Shown here piece after piece: positions 40,582 to 49,868 of a stretch of 64,000 nt of DNA. The notes under the pieces were generated by a model, which was given only the letters and a program-made list of their open reading frames with translations, ran no database searches and was not told where the DNA came from. Each line of letters begins with the position of its first letter. The stretch's first letter is position 1. The DNA lies in contig JAZDDX010000016.1 in the NCBI GenBank assembly GCA_043809315.1, positions 96,001 to 160,000 on the forward strand, in the 5' to 3' direction. Source of the DNA: Pseudomonadota bacterium (GTDB lineage: Bacteria > Bdellovibrionota_G > JALEGL01 > DATDPG01). Position numbers and translations under genes: made by a program.

Positions 40582-41228
40582 ACGACCCTCCCTTCCTTGA
40601 GAGCGATTTCTTGCTTCGCCATGTGCGCCACGAGGCGTCGGTCGTGGGTGGCGAGAACAATCGTCGTGCCGCGGAGGTTGATGTCGCGGAGAAGTTCGAG
40701 GATCTCGAGCGTGAGATCGGGGTCGAGGTTCCCGGTCGGTTCGTCGGCCAGCAGGATCTTCGGGTCGTTCACGAGGGCCCGCGCGATCGCGACTCGTTGT
40801 TGTTCGCCGCCCGAAAGACGAAGCGGAAGTGAATCGGCTCTCTTCTCAAGACCGACCAGCCGGAGCATCATCGACACCCGCCGATCGATCTGTGCCGCCG
40901 GCTTCCCCAAAACCTGGAGACTCACTGCCACGTTTTGAGAGACGGTGCGCCACGGGATCAGCTTAAAATCCTGGAAGACGACGCCGATCGAACGGCGGAG
41001 ACGGGCGATCGGGTTCCGGCGCAGCCGGGAGATATTCCGGCCGTCGACCAGGATCTGCCCCTCGGAGGCGCGCTCGGCTGCGAAAATCAGCCTGAGCAAG
41101 GTCGTTTTCCCGGCACCGCTCGGCCCGGTCAAACAGACAAAATCCCCTTTTTCGATCCGGATGTTGATGTCGGAGAGAGCGGCGGCGTCGCGCTGGTACC
41201 ACTTATAGACGTGGAACATCTGGATCAT
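40578..41228 (-). CDS. ftsE: Cell division ATP-binding protein FtsE
   Basis: GPSGAGKTT, GVVFQDFKL, LSGGEQQRVAIARA, ADEPTGNLD. Confidence 0.95.
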   Translation of the reverse strand: MIQMFHVYKWYQRDAAALSDINIRIEKGDFVCLTGPSGAGKTTLLRLIFAAERASEGQILVDGRNISRLRRNPIARLRRSIGVVFQDFKLIPWRTVSQNVAVSLQVLGKPAAQIDRRVSMMLRLVGLEKRADSLPLRLSGGEQQRVAIARALVNDPKILLADEPTGNLDPDLTLEILELLRDINLRGTTIVLATHDRRLVAHMAKQEIALKEGRVV

Positions 41229-41710
41229 GACGGCTCCGGCTCCTCCGTTGCAAGGAACTCGAGGATCATTTCATCGAGCGTCTTCTCCGTGGCCCCGGTC
41301 GTATCGAGCGTCCGGGCCGGCGCCCCGGGCTTCCGGTACGGCCGGTCCGCCACTTTGGGAGGGGGCACGACCGCGCGGGGCTCCGCGGCTTTCGGCTTCG
41401 GCGGGAGGAGCGCATCCGGCGGGACGATCGAAACGGTCGGCTGATTCAGGCGTTTCTGCACCCCGGGCAGGCGGCCGTGGACGAGATCCTTCATCATCTC
41501 TTTGTGCTGCTCCTGCATGATCGCGAGGACGATCTCCCGCAAAGAAGGTTTGATAATAAACTTCTGATAGTTCGACCTGCGCGCGGCGAGAACGTTCCCC
41601 CCGGCAAAGACGTGCGTCACGACCACCGGGTTGTCGACCCCGCCGTCCTCGGTCTGGATGTGGAATACGACCCCTTCGTGGCGAAGGTTGTGGTTGTACC
41701 CCGGGAGCAC
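41225..41710 (-). CDS. Hypothetical protein upstream of ftsE
   Basis: GYNHNLRHEGVVFHIQTED...MQEQHKEM...KTLDEMILEFL; ATGA coupling to ftsE. Confidence 0.75.
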   Translation of the reverse strand: MLPGYNHNLRHEGVVFHIQTEDGGVDNPVVVTHVFAGGNVLAARRSNYQKFIIKPSLREIVLAIMQEQHKEMMKDLVHGRLPGVQKRLNQPTVSIVPPDALLPPKPKAAEPRAVVPPPKVADRPYRKPGAPARTLDTTGATEKTLDEMILEFLATEEPEPS

Positions 41711-41725
41711 GCGGTCATCGTAACA

Positions 41726-41914
41726 TTCATTGCGGAGAAAGGGGACGGATCCGGCGTAGTTACTCGCAGCCGCTTGAACCGATGTGACCCGCGATCGTGT
41801 GCGAGCAAAGTCCCGCGTGGTGCGAAAGGGCGGACTTGAACCCCCACGACCTTGCGGCCACTAGACCCTGAATCTAGCGTCCAGCACCATTTCATTGCGG
41901 AGGACGGGGACCGA
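41726..41914. repeat. 24-bp imperfect direct repeat pair flanking a tRNA fragment
   Basis: TTCATTGCGGAGAAAGGGGACGGA (41726-41749) vs TTCATTGCGGAGGACGGGGACCGA (41891-41914), 21/24 identical. Confidence 0.75.
41818..41880 (-). pseudogene. tRNA-Leu(CAG) 3' fragment
   Basis: CTAGA-TTCAGGG-TCTAG anticodon arm, variable arm, GGTTCAAGTCC, CTTTCGCACCA; 5' acceptor strand and D-arm absent. Confidence 0.8.
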
Positions 41915-41925
41915 AGCGAACAAAA

Positions 41926-42231
41926 CTACTTATGGAATGAGCCTCGAACGGAAAGTTTGAGAACCGCGACGTCGGTTTCAACTGAGGTAAGACGCTGTTC
42001 GAAATTTTCGTACCCTCCGACGGGAGGGGTGAGCTGCTCCAGGACAAGCCCAATCTGACTTCGAAGCTCCTCATGAAGAACTCCCATGTACCGTTTGGCA
42101 TCCTCGTACCGCTGCTCGATCTTCTGTTCGAGCTTATTCTCAAGTCTCGCAAGCGAGTCATTAAGTATACGGGTGGTCACCGGAGCTTCGTCGGAACATG
42201 GAAAAGTCATCGTTCGAGTTTCGTCTACCAT
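41926..42231 (-). CDS. Hypothetical coiled-coil protein (101 aa)
   Basis: AAGGAG RBS; helical LARLENKLEQKIEQRYE...FEQRLTSVETDVAVLK; preceded by a sigma54 site. Confidence 0.7.
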   Translation of the reverse strand: MVDETRTMTFPCSDEAPVTTRILNDSLARLENKLEQKIEQRYEDAKRYMGVLHEELRSQIGLVLEQLTPPVGGYENFEQRLTSVETDVAVLKLSVRGSFHK

Positions 42232-42256
42232 TTGTTTTCTCCTTGAGGCAAGCGGA

Positions 42257-42273
42257 AGCAGAAAATGTGCCAA
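42257..42273 (-). promoter_or_regulatory. Sigma54 -24/-12 promoter
   Basis: TTGGCACATTTTCTGCT, about 25 nt upstream of the ATG at 42231. Confidence 0.75.
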
Positions 42274-42346
42274 GCCAAGCGCCTTTTCAATCGACTTGAG
42301 ACCTTCTCCGAGACCGAAAATCGGATGCCGGTTCGGAAATCGACCG

Positions 42347-42904
42347 TCAGGGATGGGGGATCGGAAACAGGCGGCGGATATCGACATGCCCCCAGAGCGT
42401 CTCGCGGTCGGCCCCGTCGATCAGGATCTTGAGGGCAGTCACTCCGGGGATGTTCCGTCCGACCGACACGAGAAGCGCTTCAATCGCCAGGGTCTCCATC
42501 TCCACGCCGACCGGTCCGGCGTCGATCTCATCCGCCGAAAAATCGAGGAAGAGATCCCCCCGTTCGTCGAAAAAGACGGCCCGCGGGTGAAGATCGGCGG
42601 GCAGTGCGGGAACCGCAGATTCCCCCGGAGATCGCCCGAGCGCTGCAAGAATCGTCCCGACCCATTCCACAGACCGGGCGCGTCGGTCCGGCAAGCTGAG
42701 GGAATAATCGACGAGCCCTTTCAGATCGCGCCGAGGGTACGACAGAATTACGGACACCTCTGCCAAAGGGGACGGAAGGACGGAAACCGGTGACGGTGCG
42801 GGTCTCGAGACGGCGCCCCATCTCTCCTGGCGCCATTTCCAGGCCGTAACGACCGTCGCAATGACAGCGGCCAAACAAAAAACCTTCAAGAGACCTTTTG
42901 ACAC
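42347..42904 (-). CDS. GerMN domain membrane-anchored protein
   Basis: N-terminal TM; LFLDFS...ETLAIEAL...LKILIDGADRETLWGHVD. Confidence 0.8.
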   Translation of the reverse strand: MSKGLLKVFCLAAVIATVVTAWKWRQERWGAVSRPAPSPVSVLPSPLAEVSVILSYPRRDLKGLVDYSLSLPDRRARSVEWVGTILAALGRSPGESAVPALPADLHPRAVFFDERGDLFLDFSADEIDAGPVGVEMETLAIEALLVSVGRNIPGVTALKILIDGADRETLWGHVDIRRLFPIPHP

Positions 42905-42943
42905 GGGTCCCCCGTTTGGTACCGTCTCGACGCTTTTCCTCCC

Positions 42944-43630
42944 ATGAAACTCAACATCTTCAGACTCATCGTCGAGGCCGGGATCGTCGTCAAGTTTGTC
43001 CTCCTTCTCTTGGGGGCATTCTCCGTGATCTCGTGGGGAATCATTTTCCTCAAGGTCCGGACGCTCCGGCGCGCGAGGGACAATTCCGAGCGGTTCCTGG
43101 AGTTCTTCTGGTCGCAGCGGAACATGGAGAACGCATTCAAGAAGGCGGAGGAGTTCGACATCTGCCCGGTGGCGGCGGTCTTCCGGCGCGGCTACGCAGA
43201 GCTCACGAAGGTGAGGGAGGCGGCTCAGAAGTCGGGCGAAGGAACGAAGGAGGATATCCCGGGGATTCTCGACAACGTCGAGCGTGCGTTACGCCGGAGC
43301 GCTACGACACAGCTCACCTCCCTGGAGCGGCGGGTTCCCTTCCTCGCCACGACCGGAAGCTCGGCGCCGTTCATCGGCCTCTTCGGGACGGTCTGGGGGA
43401 TCATGGGCGCCTTTTTGAACATCGGGGCCAGCGGGGCGACGAACCTCGCCGTCGTGGCCCCCGGTATCTCCGAGGCTCTCATTGCAACCGCCGTCGGCCT
43501 CTTCGCCGCCATCCCCGCGGTCATCGGCTACAACTATTGCGTGAGCCAGATCCGCGTCGTCCAGCGCGAGATGGAGAACTTCTCGAACGATTTCTTGAAC
43601 GTCATCAAACGCCAGCTCGGAACGAGTTAG
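42944..43630 (+). CDS. tolQ: TolQ
   Basis: FLATTGSSAPFIGLFGTVWGIM, VVAPGISEALIATAVGLFAAIPAVIGYN. Confidence 0.93.
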   Translation: MKLNIFRLIVEAGIVVKFVLLLLGAFSVISWGIIFLKVRTLRRARDNSERFLEFFWSQRNMENAFKKAEEFDICPVAAVFRRGYAELTKVREAAQKSGEGTKEDIPGILDNVERALRRSATTQLTSLERRVPFLATTGSSAPFIGLFGTVWGIMGAFLNIGASGATNLAVVAPGISEALIATAVGLFAAIPAVIGYNYCVSQIRVVQREMENFSNDFLNVIKRQLGTS

Positions 43631-43636
43631 ATCGGA

Positions 43637-44062
43637 ATGGCGTTCACTCCCCAGGCCTCCGACAGCGGGATGATGTCCGAGATCAACGTCACCCCGTTCG
43701 TCGACGTGATGCTCGTTCTTCTCGTAATCTTCATGGTGACGGCGCCGCTCATCCAAAAGGAGGTCGATATCGATCTCCCGGAAACCCGGGCCGTTCAAAC
43801 GGTCTCGGTCAAAGAAACGGATGTGGTCCTCACGATCAACAAACAGCGCCAGGTCTTTCTCGCGAAGACGCCGATCGGCGTCTCGGATCTGACGCCGAAA
43901 CTCCGTGAGATATTCCGGACGAAGGTGCGGAAGGAGATCTTCCTTCGCGCCGACAAAGGGATTCCCTACGGCTTCGTGATCAAGGTGATGGCGTTGGTGA
44001 AAAACGCCGGCATCGACCGGATGGGGATGATCACGGAGAGCGAAACGGAGCCTTCTTCGTAG
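43637..44062 (+). CDS. tolR: TolR
   Basis: SEINVTPFVDVMLVLLVIFMVTAP, LRADKGIPYG. Confidence 0.93.
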   Translation: MAFTPQASDSGMMSEINVTPFVDVMLVLLVIFMVTAPLIQKEVDIDLPETRAVQTVSVKETDVVLTINKQRQVFLAKTPIGVSDLTPKLREIFRTKVRKEIFLRADKGIPYGFVIKVMALVKNAGIDRMGMITESETEPSS

Positions 44063-44074
44063 TAGAATCCAACC

Positions 44075-44827
44075 GTGGTCGACGTCGAACAGCTCCAGTT
44101 CCGTCGGATGTTGGCGGCTTCGACCGCCTTCCACACGGTGATCCTCGGAACGGTTCTGGTCACGACGTCGTATTCTCCCCGCCATTATGTAGATGTCGGA
44201 TCGAAGGGGCCGATCAATGTCATGTGGGCCTCGACTGTCCACCTTCCGGCCGAAACCGCCCCCAACAAACTCCCCGGACCGGCCGTCGCCCTTCCGTCGG
44301 AAGTCCTTCCGGCTCCGCCACAGCCAAAGTACGTGATGCCGGAGGATCTCCAGAAGATGGATCGGTCCAAGATCGAGGAGGCGCGGCGAAAAGCGATGAC
44401 AGAGGCCGTGGCCTCGGTGCGGCGGACGATCGACGACCGCCCGATTCCGAGGGCGGACAACTACCCGTCGAAGTGGACGCGAAATGCGGAGGAGGGACTT
44501 CCAAGCGGCCCCGGGGGGCTCGCAGGAGTTCTGGGAGGGAGTCCGGTTTTCACCGAATACAAAGATCGGATCCGGCAGATCATCATCCGGAACTGGATCT
44601 GGATCCAGCAACGGGGAGCCATGAAGACCGAGGTGATCTTCACGATCGATGAGCAGGGGAATATTTCCAATCTGTCGGTCTCGAAAAGCTCGGGAGACCC
44701 GTCGTTCGACGCCTCGGCATTGCGGGCGGTCCGAAAATCGTCCCCCCTCCCGGCCCCTCCCGACGAAATTGCCCAAAGTCTGATAAAAGAGGGATTGGGT
44801 TTGATCTTCGACCCGAACCAGAAATGA
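44075..44827 (+). CDS. tolA: TolA/TonB-like protein
   Basis: TM with SxxxH (STAFH), Pro-rich linker, C-terminal KSSGDPSFDASALRAV. Confidence 0.8.
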   Translation: MVDVEQLQFRRMLAASTAFHTVILGTVLVTTSYSPRHYVDVGSKGPINVMWASTVHLPAETAPNKLPGPAVALPSEVLPAPPQPKYVMPEDLQKMDRSKIEEARRKAMTEAVASVRRTIDDRPIPRADNYPSKWTRNAEEGLPSGPGGLAGVLGGSPVFTEYKDRIRQIIIRNWIWIQQRGAMKTEVIFTIDEQGNISNLSVSKSSGDPSFDASALRAVRKSSPLPAPPDEIAQSLIKEGLGLIFDPNQK

Positions 44828-46140
44828 AAAAAGCTCTTTGGATCCTGATCTTCCTGTCGGTTCTTGCGCCGGAGTTCGCGCAGGCGCGTGTCTACATCGA
44901 CATCAATCAGGTTTCAACTGATTCGTTTCCGATCGCGGTGGTCCCGCCCTATCGCGTTCGCGGAGACGAGGACCGGGCGCTCCTGAACGATGACTTCGCG
45001 AAGACCGTACGGAACGATCTCGAGCTGATGGGGGTCTTCCGGCGGATCGAGCCGAAGGCGTTCATCGAGAGCCCGACGAAACAGGGGCTGACCCCGGCCG
45101 AAATCGATTTCGCCAGTTGGGCGCTTCTCGACGCCCTGGCCCTTGTGAAAGGGTGGTATCGGGTCGACGGGAAGAAACTCACGATCGAAGCTCACCTGTA
45201 CGACGTCCTCTCGAAGACGGAGCTAGTGGCGAAAAGATACGACTCGACCGTCGACCGGGCGGTCGCGATCGGCCACCGGTTCGCGAACGAAATCATGCAG
45301 ATCTTGACCGGCGAATCGGGGCTCTTCGACACTAAGATCGCCTTCGTCTGCCAGCCGAAAGGGCCGAAGGAGCTCTGCGTGACCGATTTCGACGGATCGA
45401 ACGTGCGACAACTCACGCGCTACGGATCGATCGTCCTTTCCCCCGCGTGGGAGCTCGACGGGAAAACGATCTTTTTCACGTCGTTCGCGGGAGCGAAGGT
45501 GCCGCAGCTCTTCCGGGTCGGCTCGGACGGTTCGGGCGTGCCGAGCAAGCTCGCCTCGCTCCCGGGACTTACGATCGGGCTCTCGATCGATCCGACCGAG
45601 CCTCTCCTCGCCACCACGCTCACGAAAGACGGGAACCCGGAAATCTATCTCCTGACCCTGGCCGGAACGTTGAAGCAACGTCTCACCACGAACAACGACA
45701 TCGACGTGAGCGCTTCGTTCTCTCCGGACGGAAAACACCTGACGTTCGTCTCGAACCGCGACGGATCCCCGCAGGTCTACAAGATGGACCGGAACGGGGA
45801 GAACGTGCAGCGACTGACGTTCAAGGGGGCCAACAACACGGCGCCGGCCTGGTCCCCCCGCGGGGACAAGATCGCTTTCGCGGGGCTCGACACCGACGGG
45901 GAGTTCGACATCTTCACGATGAACATCGACGGCTCCGGTATGATGAGGCTCACGTACGACACGAGGGACAATCAGGAGCCGAAGTGGGCTCCGGGGGGTC
46001 AGTTGATCACCTTCGCCTCGAAACGGACCGGCCATTACCAAATCTGGTCGATGCGCCCCGACGGGACGAAACAAATGCAATTGACTCGCGAGCCGTGGGA
46101 TCACACGATGCCGGTTTGGGGGCCGAGAACCGTCAAGTGA
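44824..46140 (+). CDS. tolB: Tol-Pal beta-propeller protein TolB
   Basis: FDTKIAFV, PD40-like repeats (SPAW, SFSPDG, PAWSPRG, PKWAPGG). Confidence 0.92.
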   Translation: MKKALWILIFLSVLAPEFAQARVYIDINQVSTDSFPIAVVPPYRVRGDEDRALLNDDFAKTVRNDLELMGVFRRIEPKAFIESPTKQGLTPAEIDFASWALLDALALVKGWYRVDGKKLTIEAHLYDVLSKTELVAKRYDSTVDRAVAIGHRFANEIMQILTGESGLFDTKIAFVCQPKGPKELCVTDFDGSNVRQLTRYGSIVLSPAWELDGKTIFFTSFAGAKVPQLFRVGSDGSGVPSKLASLPGLTIGLSIDPTEPLLATTLTKDGNPEIYLLTLAGTLKQRLTTNNDIDVSASFSPDGKHLTFVSNRDGSPQVYKMDRNGENVQRLTFKGANNTAPAWSPRGDKIAFAGLDTDGEFDIFTMNIDGSGMMRLTYDTRDNQEPKWAPGGQLITFASKRTGHYQIWSMRPDGTKQMQLTREPWDHTMPVWGPRTVK

Positions 46141-47084
46141 CCTACAAACGACGCCGGATCGCTTCCATCGACCTGGGAAGCAACTCATTTCTCCTTCTGG
46201 CCGCGGAACGGGGGGAGGACGGTCTTTTCACCGTTCTGGCCGACGAAAGCGAAACGCCGAGAATCAGCGAGGGGCTCCGGGCGACCCGGACAATCTCCCC
46301 GGAAGCGGTCCAGCGGGCCGTCGCAGCGCTCACGAAGCTTTCGACCCGGGCCAAGGAGATCGGCGCCACGGAGATCTTCGCCACCGCCACCGCCGCGGTT
46401 CGCGAAGCGTCGAACCGGGACGACGTGATCCGTGTTTTCTCGGAGGCGGCCGGCGTGCCGCTCGAGGTGCTCCCTCCCGCGGAGGAGGCCCGCCTCTCCT
46501 ATCTTTCGGTCACGATGGAGCTGCCGCACAACGAGCGGACGATGGTGGTCGACATCGGCGGCGGTTCGACCGAGATCACCTGGGGAATCGGCCACCGCTT
46601 CGACGGCGCGAGAAGCTTGAACCTCGGGACGGTGAAACTCCTTGAAAAACACCTCACGATGGAGTGCCCCACCGCCATCGAACTCGACGCCGCCCGGGAT
46701 GAAATCGACGCCGCCCTGGCGCGGATCACCCCGCTCGGCACCCTCGATCATTATTATGGAACCGCGGGGAGTTTCACGCACCTTGCCTCCCTCGAACTCG
46801 GGTTGGAGCGGTACTCATCGCAAGGTGTCGCCGGACATATCCTGACGCGGGAACGTGTGGAGGAGTGGGTGAACAAGATCGCGTCGACCCCGTTCGAAGG
46901 GCGAAAGTTACTTCCGGGGGCCGATCCGCGACGGATCGATGTCCTCCTCTCCGGGACGCTGATTGTCGAGAGATTGTTCGAAAAATTCAAGAACCGGTCA
47001 TTCCAGGTCTTCGATCGCGGGGTCCGGTTCGGAAAGGCGTACGACGTCCTTCGGGGGTTCGCCCCCCCGATTCACTTCGCCTGA
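46137..47084 (+). CDS. ppx: Ppx/GppA family phosphatase
   Basis: IASIDLGSNS, ATAAVREASN, EEARLSY, VVDIGGGSTE; GTGA overlap with tolB. Confidence 0.88.
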   Translation: MTYKRRRIASIDLGSNSFLLLAAERGEDGLFTVLADESETPRISEGLRATRTISPEAVQRAVAALTKLSTRAKEIGATEIFATATAAVREASNRDDVIRVFSEAAGVPLEVLPPAEEARLSYLSVTMELPHNERTMVVDIGGGSTEITWGIGHRFDGARSLNLGTVKLLEKHLTMECPTAIELDAARDEIDAALARITPLGTLDHYYGTAGSFTHLASLELGLERYSSQGVAGHILTRERVEEWVNKIASTPFEGRKLLPGADPRRIDVLLSGTLIVERLFEKFKNRSFQVFDRGVRFGKAYDVLRGFAPPIHFA

Positions 47085-47107
47085 GCCGTCGACTTTTCAG
47101 GTAAACT

Positions 47108-48100
47108 ATGGCATTAGGCCCCCCCATGTCTCTGGAGACAGTACCGCGCGGTTATTTCTGGCTGAAAACGAAGCTGGCGGCCAAGTATTACCGGAACCTC
47201 CTCCTTCACCGGCCGGTCTCCATCAATCTGGAGGTCACGAAGCGGTGCAACGCCCGTTGCGACTTCTGCGACTACTGGAAGACGAAGAAGGAAGAGGTGA
47301 TCGACGACTACGGCCCGATCGTCAAGAAGATTGATCCGATGATGGTCACGATCACGGGGGGGGAGCCGTTGCTCCGCCTCGATCTTCCCGACGTCCTTCG
47401 GAAGATCAAGAAGGCGGTGCCGGTCAGTTACATGGCGATGATTACCAACGCCTCGCTGCTGACGCCGGAAAAGGCGAAGGAACCGCACGAGGCGGGGCTC
47501 GACCAGATCTCGATCTCCCTCGATTTTCTGGACGAACGGCATGACAAGAGCCGCGGCCTCCCGTTCCTCTGGAAACATATTTCGACGATCGTTCCCCAAC
47601 TTCCTGCGATCGGGTTCGACGCCGTGAACCTGAACTGGATCGTCATGGAACAGAACTTCGATCAGACGTTGGCTCTGGCGGAGAAGGCCCGCGAGTGGGG
47701 GGTCACGGCCACCTATACCGCGTATTGCGACCTGAAATCGATGAACGACGGGCATTTCCTCTCGGAGAAGAACCTCGAGAAGTTCCCGTCGGTGATCAAA
47801 GAAATCTTCCACTTTAAACGCAACTTCAAAACGATCCGCTCCTCCGACTTCTTCCTGGAACGAATGCCGGGGTATTACCGACACGATCGGATCGACGGAT
47901 GCCCGGCAGGTCTACGGTGGATTCAGATCACGCCGGAAGGGTGGTTCAAACCCTGTTCGGAACTCCCCCCGGTCGTCCATTGGACGGAGTATGATCACCG
48001 GAAGAGTTTTGAGCCGCAGGAATGCACTCTTTGCTGGTACAGCTGCCGGGGCGAAGCGCAAACGCCGATCGGCCCCAAACGAATCCGCGAGTTCTTGTAG
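47108..48100 (+). CDS. Radical SAM protein with Cys-containing (SPASM/twitch-like) C-terminus
   Basis: CNARCDFC, ITGGEP, CPAG...PC...CTLCWYSC; alternative start 47126. Confidence 0.85.
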   Translation: MALGPPMSLETVPRGYFWLKTKLAAKYYRNLLLHRPVSINLEVTKRCNARCDFCDYWKTKKEEVIDDYGPIVKKIDPMMVTITGGEPLLRLDLPDVLRKIKKAVPVSYMAMITNASLLTPEKAKEPHEAGLDQISISLDFLDERHDKSRGLPFLWKHISTIVPQLPAIGFDAVNLNWIVMEQNFDQTLALAEKAREWGVTATYTAYCDLKSMNDGHFLSEKNLEKFPSVIKEIFHFKRNFKTIRSSDFFLERMPGYYRHDRIDGCPAGLRWIQITPEGWFKPCSELPPVVHWTEYDHRKSFEPQECTLCWYSCRGEAQTPIGPKRIREFL

Positions 48101-48102
48101 CG

Positions 48103-49740
48103 ATGTCACTCCGGACGATCCTCCTTGTCCTGACAGGATCCGTCTGTGCCTGCGCGAACCATTGCCCAAACACCGGGTTCACGTTGATCTGCGCCCAGGG
48201 AGGTTCGGGAATCGCCAAGATCGACACGTCGGCCTCCGAGCGAAAGTTCCTGCTCATCCCGTTTTCGGCACCGTCTCAGGAATCGGACAGCGCCCTCCCC
48301 TACGATCTCCAGATCGACACGACTTCGAAGACGGCGGCCGTTTCCTCCCCGCGACTCACGGTTTCGCCTCCTTCGACTCTCTCGGAAAAGATCGTGGCAC
48401 GAATTCAAGCCGAGAGCCGCCGCCGAGCGGTCGATCAAATTTCCATCGAAAAAGCCGTCCGCAGTTTCCGTTCGGATCCAGCCCCGTTCCGGCGGCTCCT
48501 CTCCCCCCGCGCCGCCTCGACGGCCCCACGCGACGTTACCACGACAATCTCGATCTTCTCGCCGTTCGACGGCGAGGAGGGAACGAAGCTGACCGGGAAC
48601 CTTCGGGTCAAGTCGGCGCACACGGCGATCTATGTCGACTCCCGCGTCGACCTCACGGTGGCGGACGCCGACGTCAAAGCGATGATGCAGGGGTTCGACA
48701 ACATCACACTCCCCCGTCTCCACGTCCTGTTCGGGGCTGAGTCCGACGTCGACGGGAACGGAGTCGTGAACGTCTTCCTCGCGGCGCCTGAGAAGGTCGG
48801 CTCGAACGTGATCGGCTTTTTCCGTCCCACCGATCTTCTTCCGGACGGAACCGTTTCGGGAGTGCGAAGCAACGTGATGGAAATCGTCTACGTCCGGACC
48901 CCGGGGGCCGGCTTCGATTTCTCGCTGGCGCAAGCCACGCTGGCGCACGAGATATTTCACCTGATCAACTTCGCTCAGAAAAGCTTGCCGCTGTTCCGGG
49001 CGAGTGTGGGGACCCTCGCCTTCACCGAGGCGATCTTCTTGAACGAAGGACAGGCGCACCTGGCGGAGGATCTGACCGGCTGGGGGGTCGGCACTCCCGA
49101 TTTGATCAAGATCTATCTCAAGTGCATCGGGCTGACTTCTCTCGCGGGGGGAGGAACGACGACGTCGGATGATGCGACCTGCCGGATCGCCGCGGCGGGA
49201 AGCGACAGCATCCCGAGGCGGGGGGCCGCGATGCTCCTTCTTCTTTACATGTTCCAGCAGTTGGGCGGTGCCACGTTCAGCACCACCACGGTGGACGACA
49301 TCCAGGGGGATGGGATCAAATTCCTTAAAAAGCTCAGTAGCACGACGTCGATCGGGCTGGCCAACCTCGAGGAGTCGAGCAACCGGACGTTCTTCTTCTG
49401 GTACGCCGACTTCGCCGGGGTTCTGGCTCTCGACAACACGAACGGATCGACCGATCCCCGGTATCACCTCGTCTCGCCGGAACTCGATCCGTTCACGAAC
49501 TTCTACCGATACATCCGCCTCCGTTCCTCGCGCGTCGTGGACGGAAACACGGTGACTTGGGAAGGCCCTCTCCCGTCGCACGAGATCACCGCCGGCGCCG
49601 ACACGAAACTCAGCGATTCTCTCTTCGTCACCGGCTTGCAGGCGACGGTCTTGACCGTCCCGGCGAACCTCCAGGCACAGATCACCGCGAGCGCGAATTC
49701 CCATCTGGCCCTCGGCCTCGCGATCGTTCCGATGCCGTAA
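48103..49740 (+). CDS. Exported zinc metallopeptidase-like protein (M30/hyicolysin-like)
   Basis: FGAESDVDGNG, IGFF, TLAHEIFHLINF, FLNEGQAHLAE; lipoprotein-like Cys-rich N-terminus. Confidence 0.7.
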   Translation: MSLRTILLVLTGSVCACANHCPNTGFTLICAQGGSGIAKIDTSASERKFLLIPFSAPSQESDSALPYDLQIDTTSKTAAVSSPRLTVSPPSTLSEKIVARIQAESRRRAVDQISIEKAVRSFRSDPAPFRRLLSPRAASTAPRDVTTTISIFSPFDGEEGTKLTGNLRVKSAHTAIYVDSRVDLTVADADVKAMMQGFDNITLPRLHVLFGAESDVDGNGVVNVFLAAPEKVGSNVIGFFRPTDLLPDGTVSGVRSNVMEIVYVRTPGAGFDFSLAQATLAHEIFHLINFAQKSLPLFRASVGTLAFTEAIFLNEGQAHLAEDLTGWGVGTPDLIKIYLKCIGLTSLAGGGTTTSDDATCRIAAAGSDSIPRRGAAMLLLLYMFQQLGGATFSTTTVDDIQGDGIKFLKKLSSTTSIGLANLEESSNRTFFFWYADFAGVLALDNTNGSTDPRYHLVSPELDPFTNFYRYIRLRSSRVVDGNTVTWEGPLPSHEITAGADTKLSDSLFVTGLQATVLTVPANLQAQITASANSHLALGLAIVPMP

Positions 49741-49812
49741 CCTGGGTTGTCAGCGGAAGGTTCCGCTGGAAGCTCCCCCGTTGCTATGTGTCTGTATTTA
49801 CAAAACAAATAC

Positions 49813-49829
49813 TTGGCCCACCCCTTGCG
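49813..49829 (+). promoter_or_regulatory. Sigma54 -24/-12 promoter
   Basis: TTGGCCCACCCCTTGCG (GG-N10-GC) preceded by an AT-rich tract; about 40 nt before the ATG at 49869. Confidence 0.7.
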
Positions 49830-49868
49830 TACTCAGATGTCCGTATGCGGGGAAAGGAAGGCCAAACG

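Noticed and set aside
45447-46136. Long N-terminal extension of ppx
   Set aside because: It is an alternative frame of tolB; Ppx homology begins at GTG 46137
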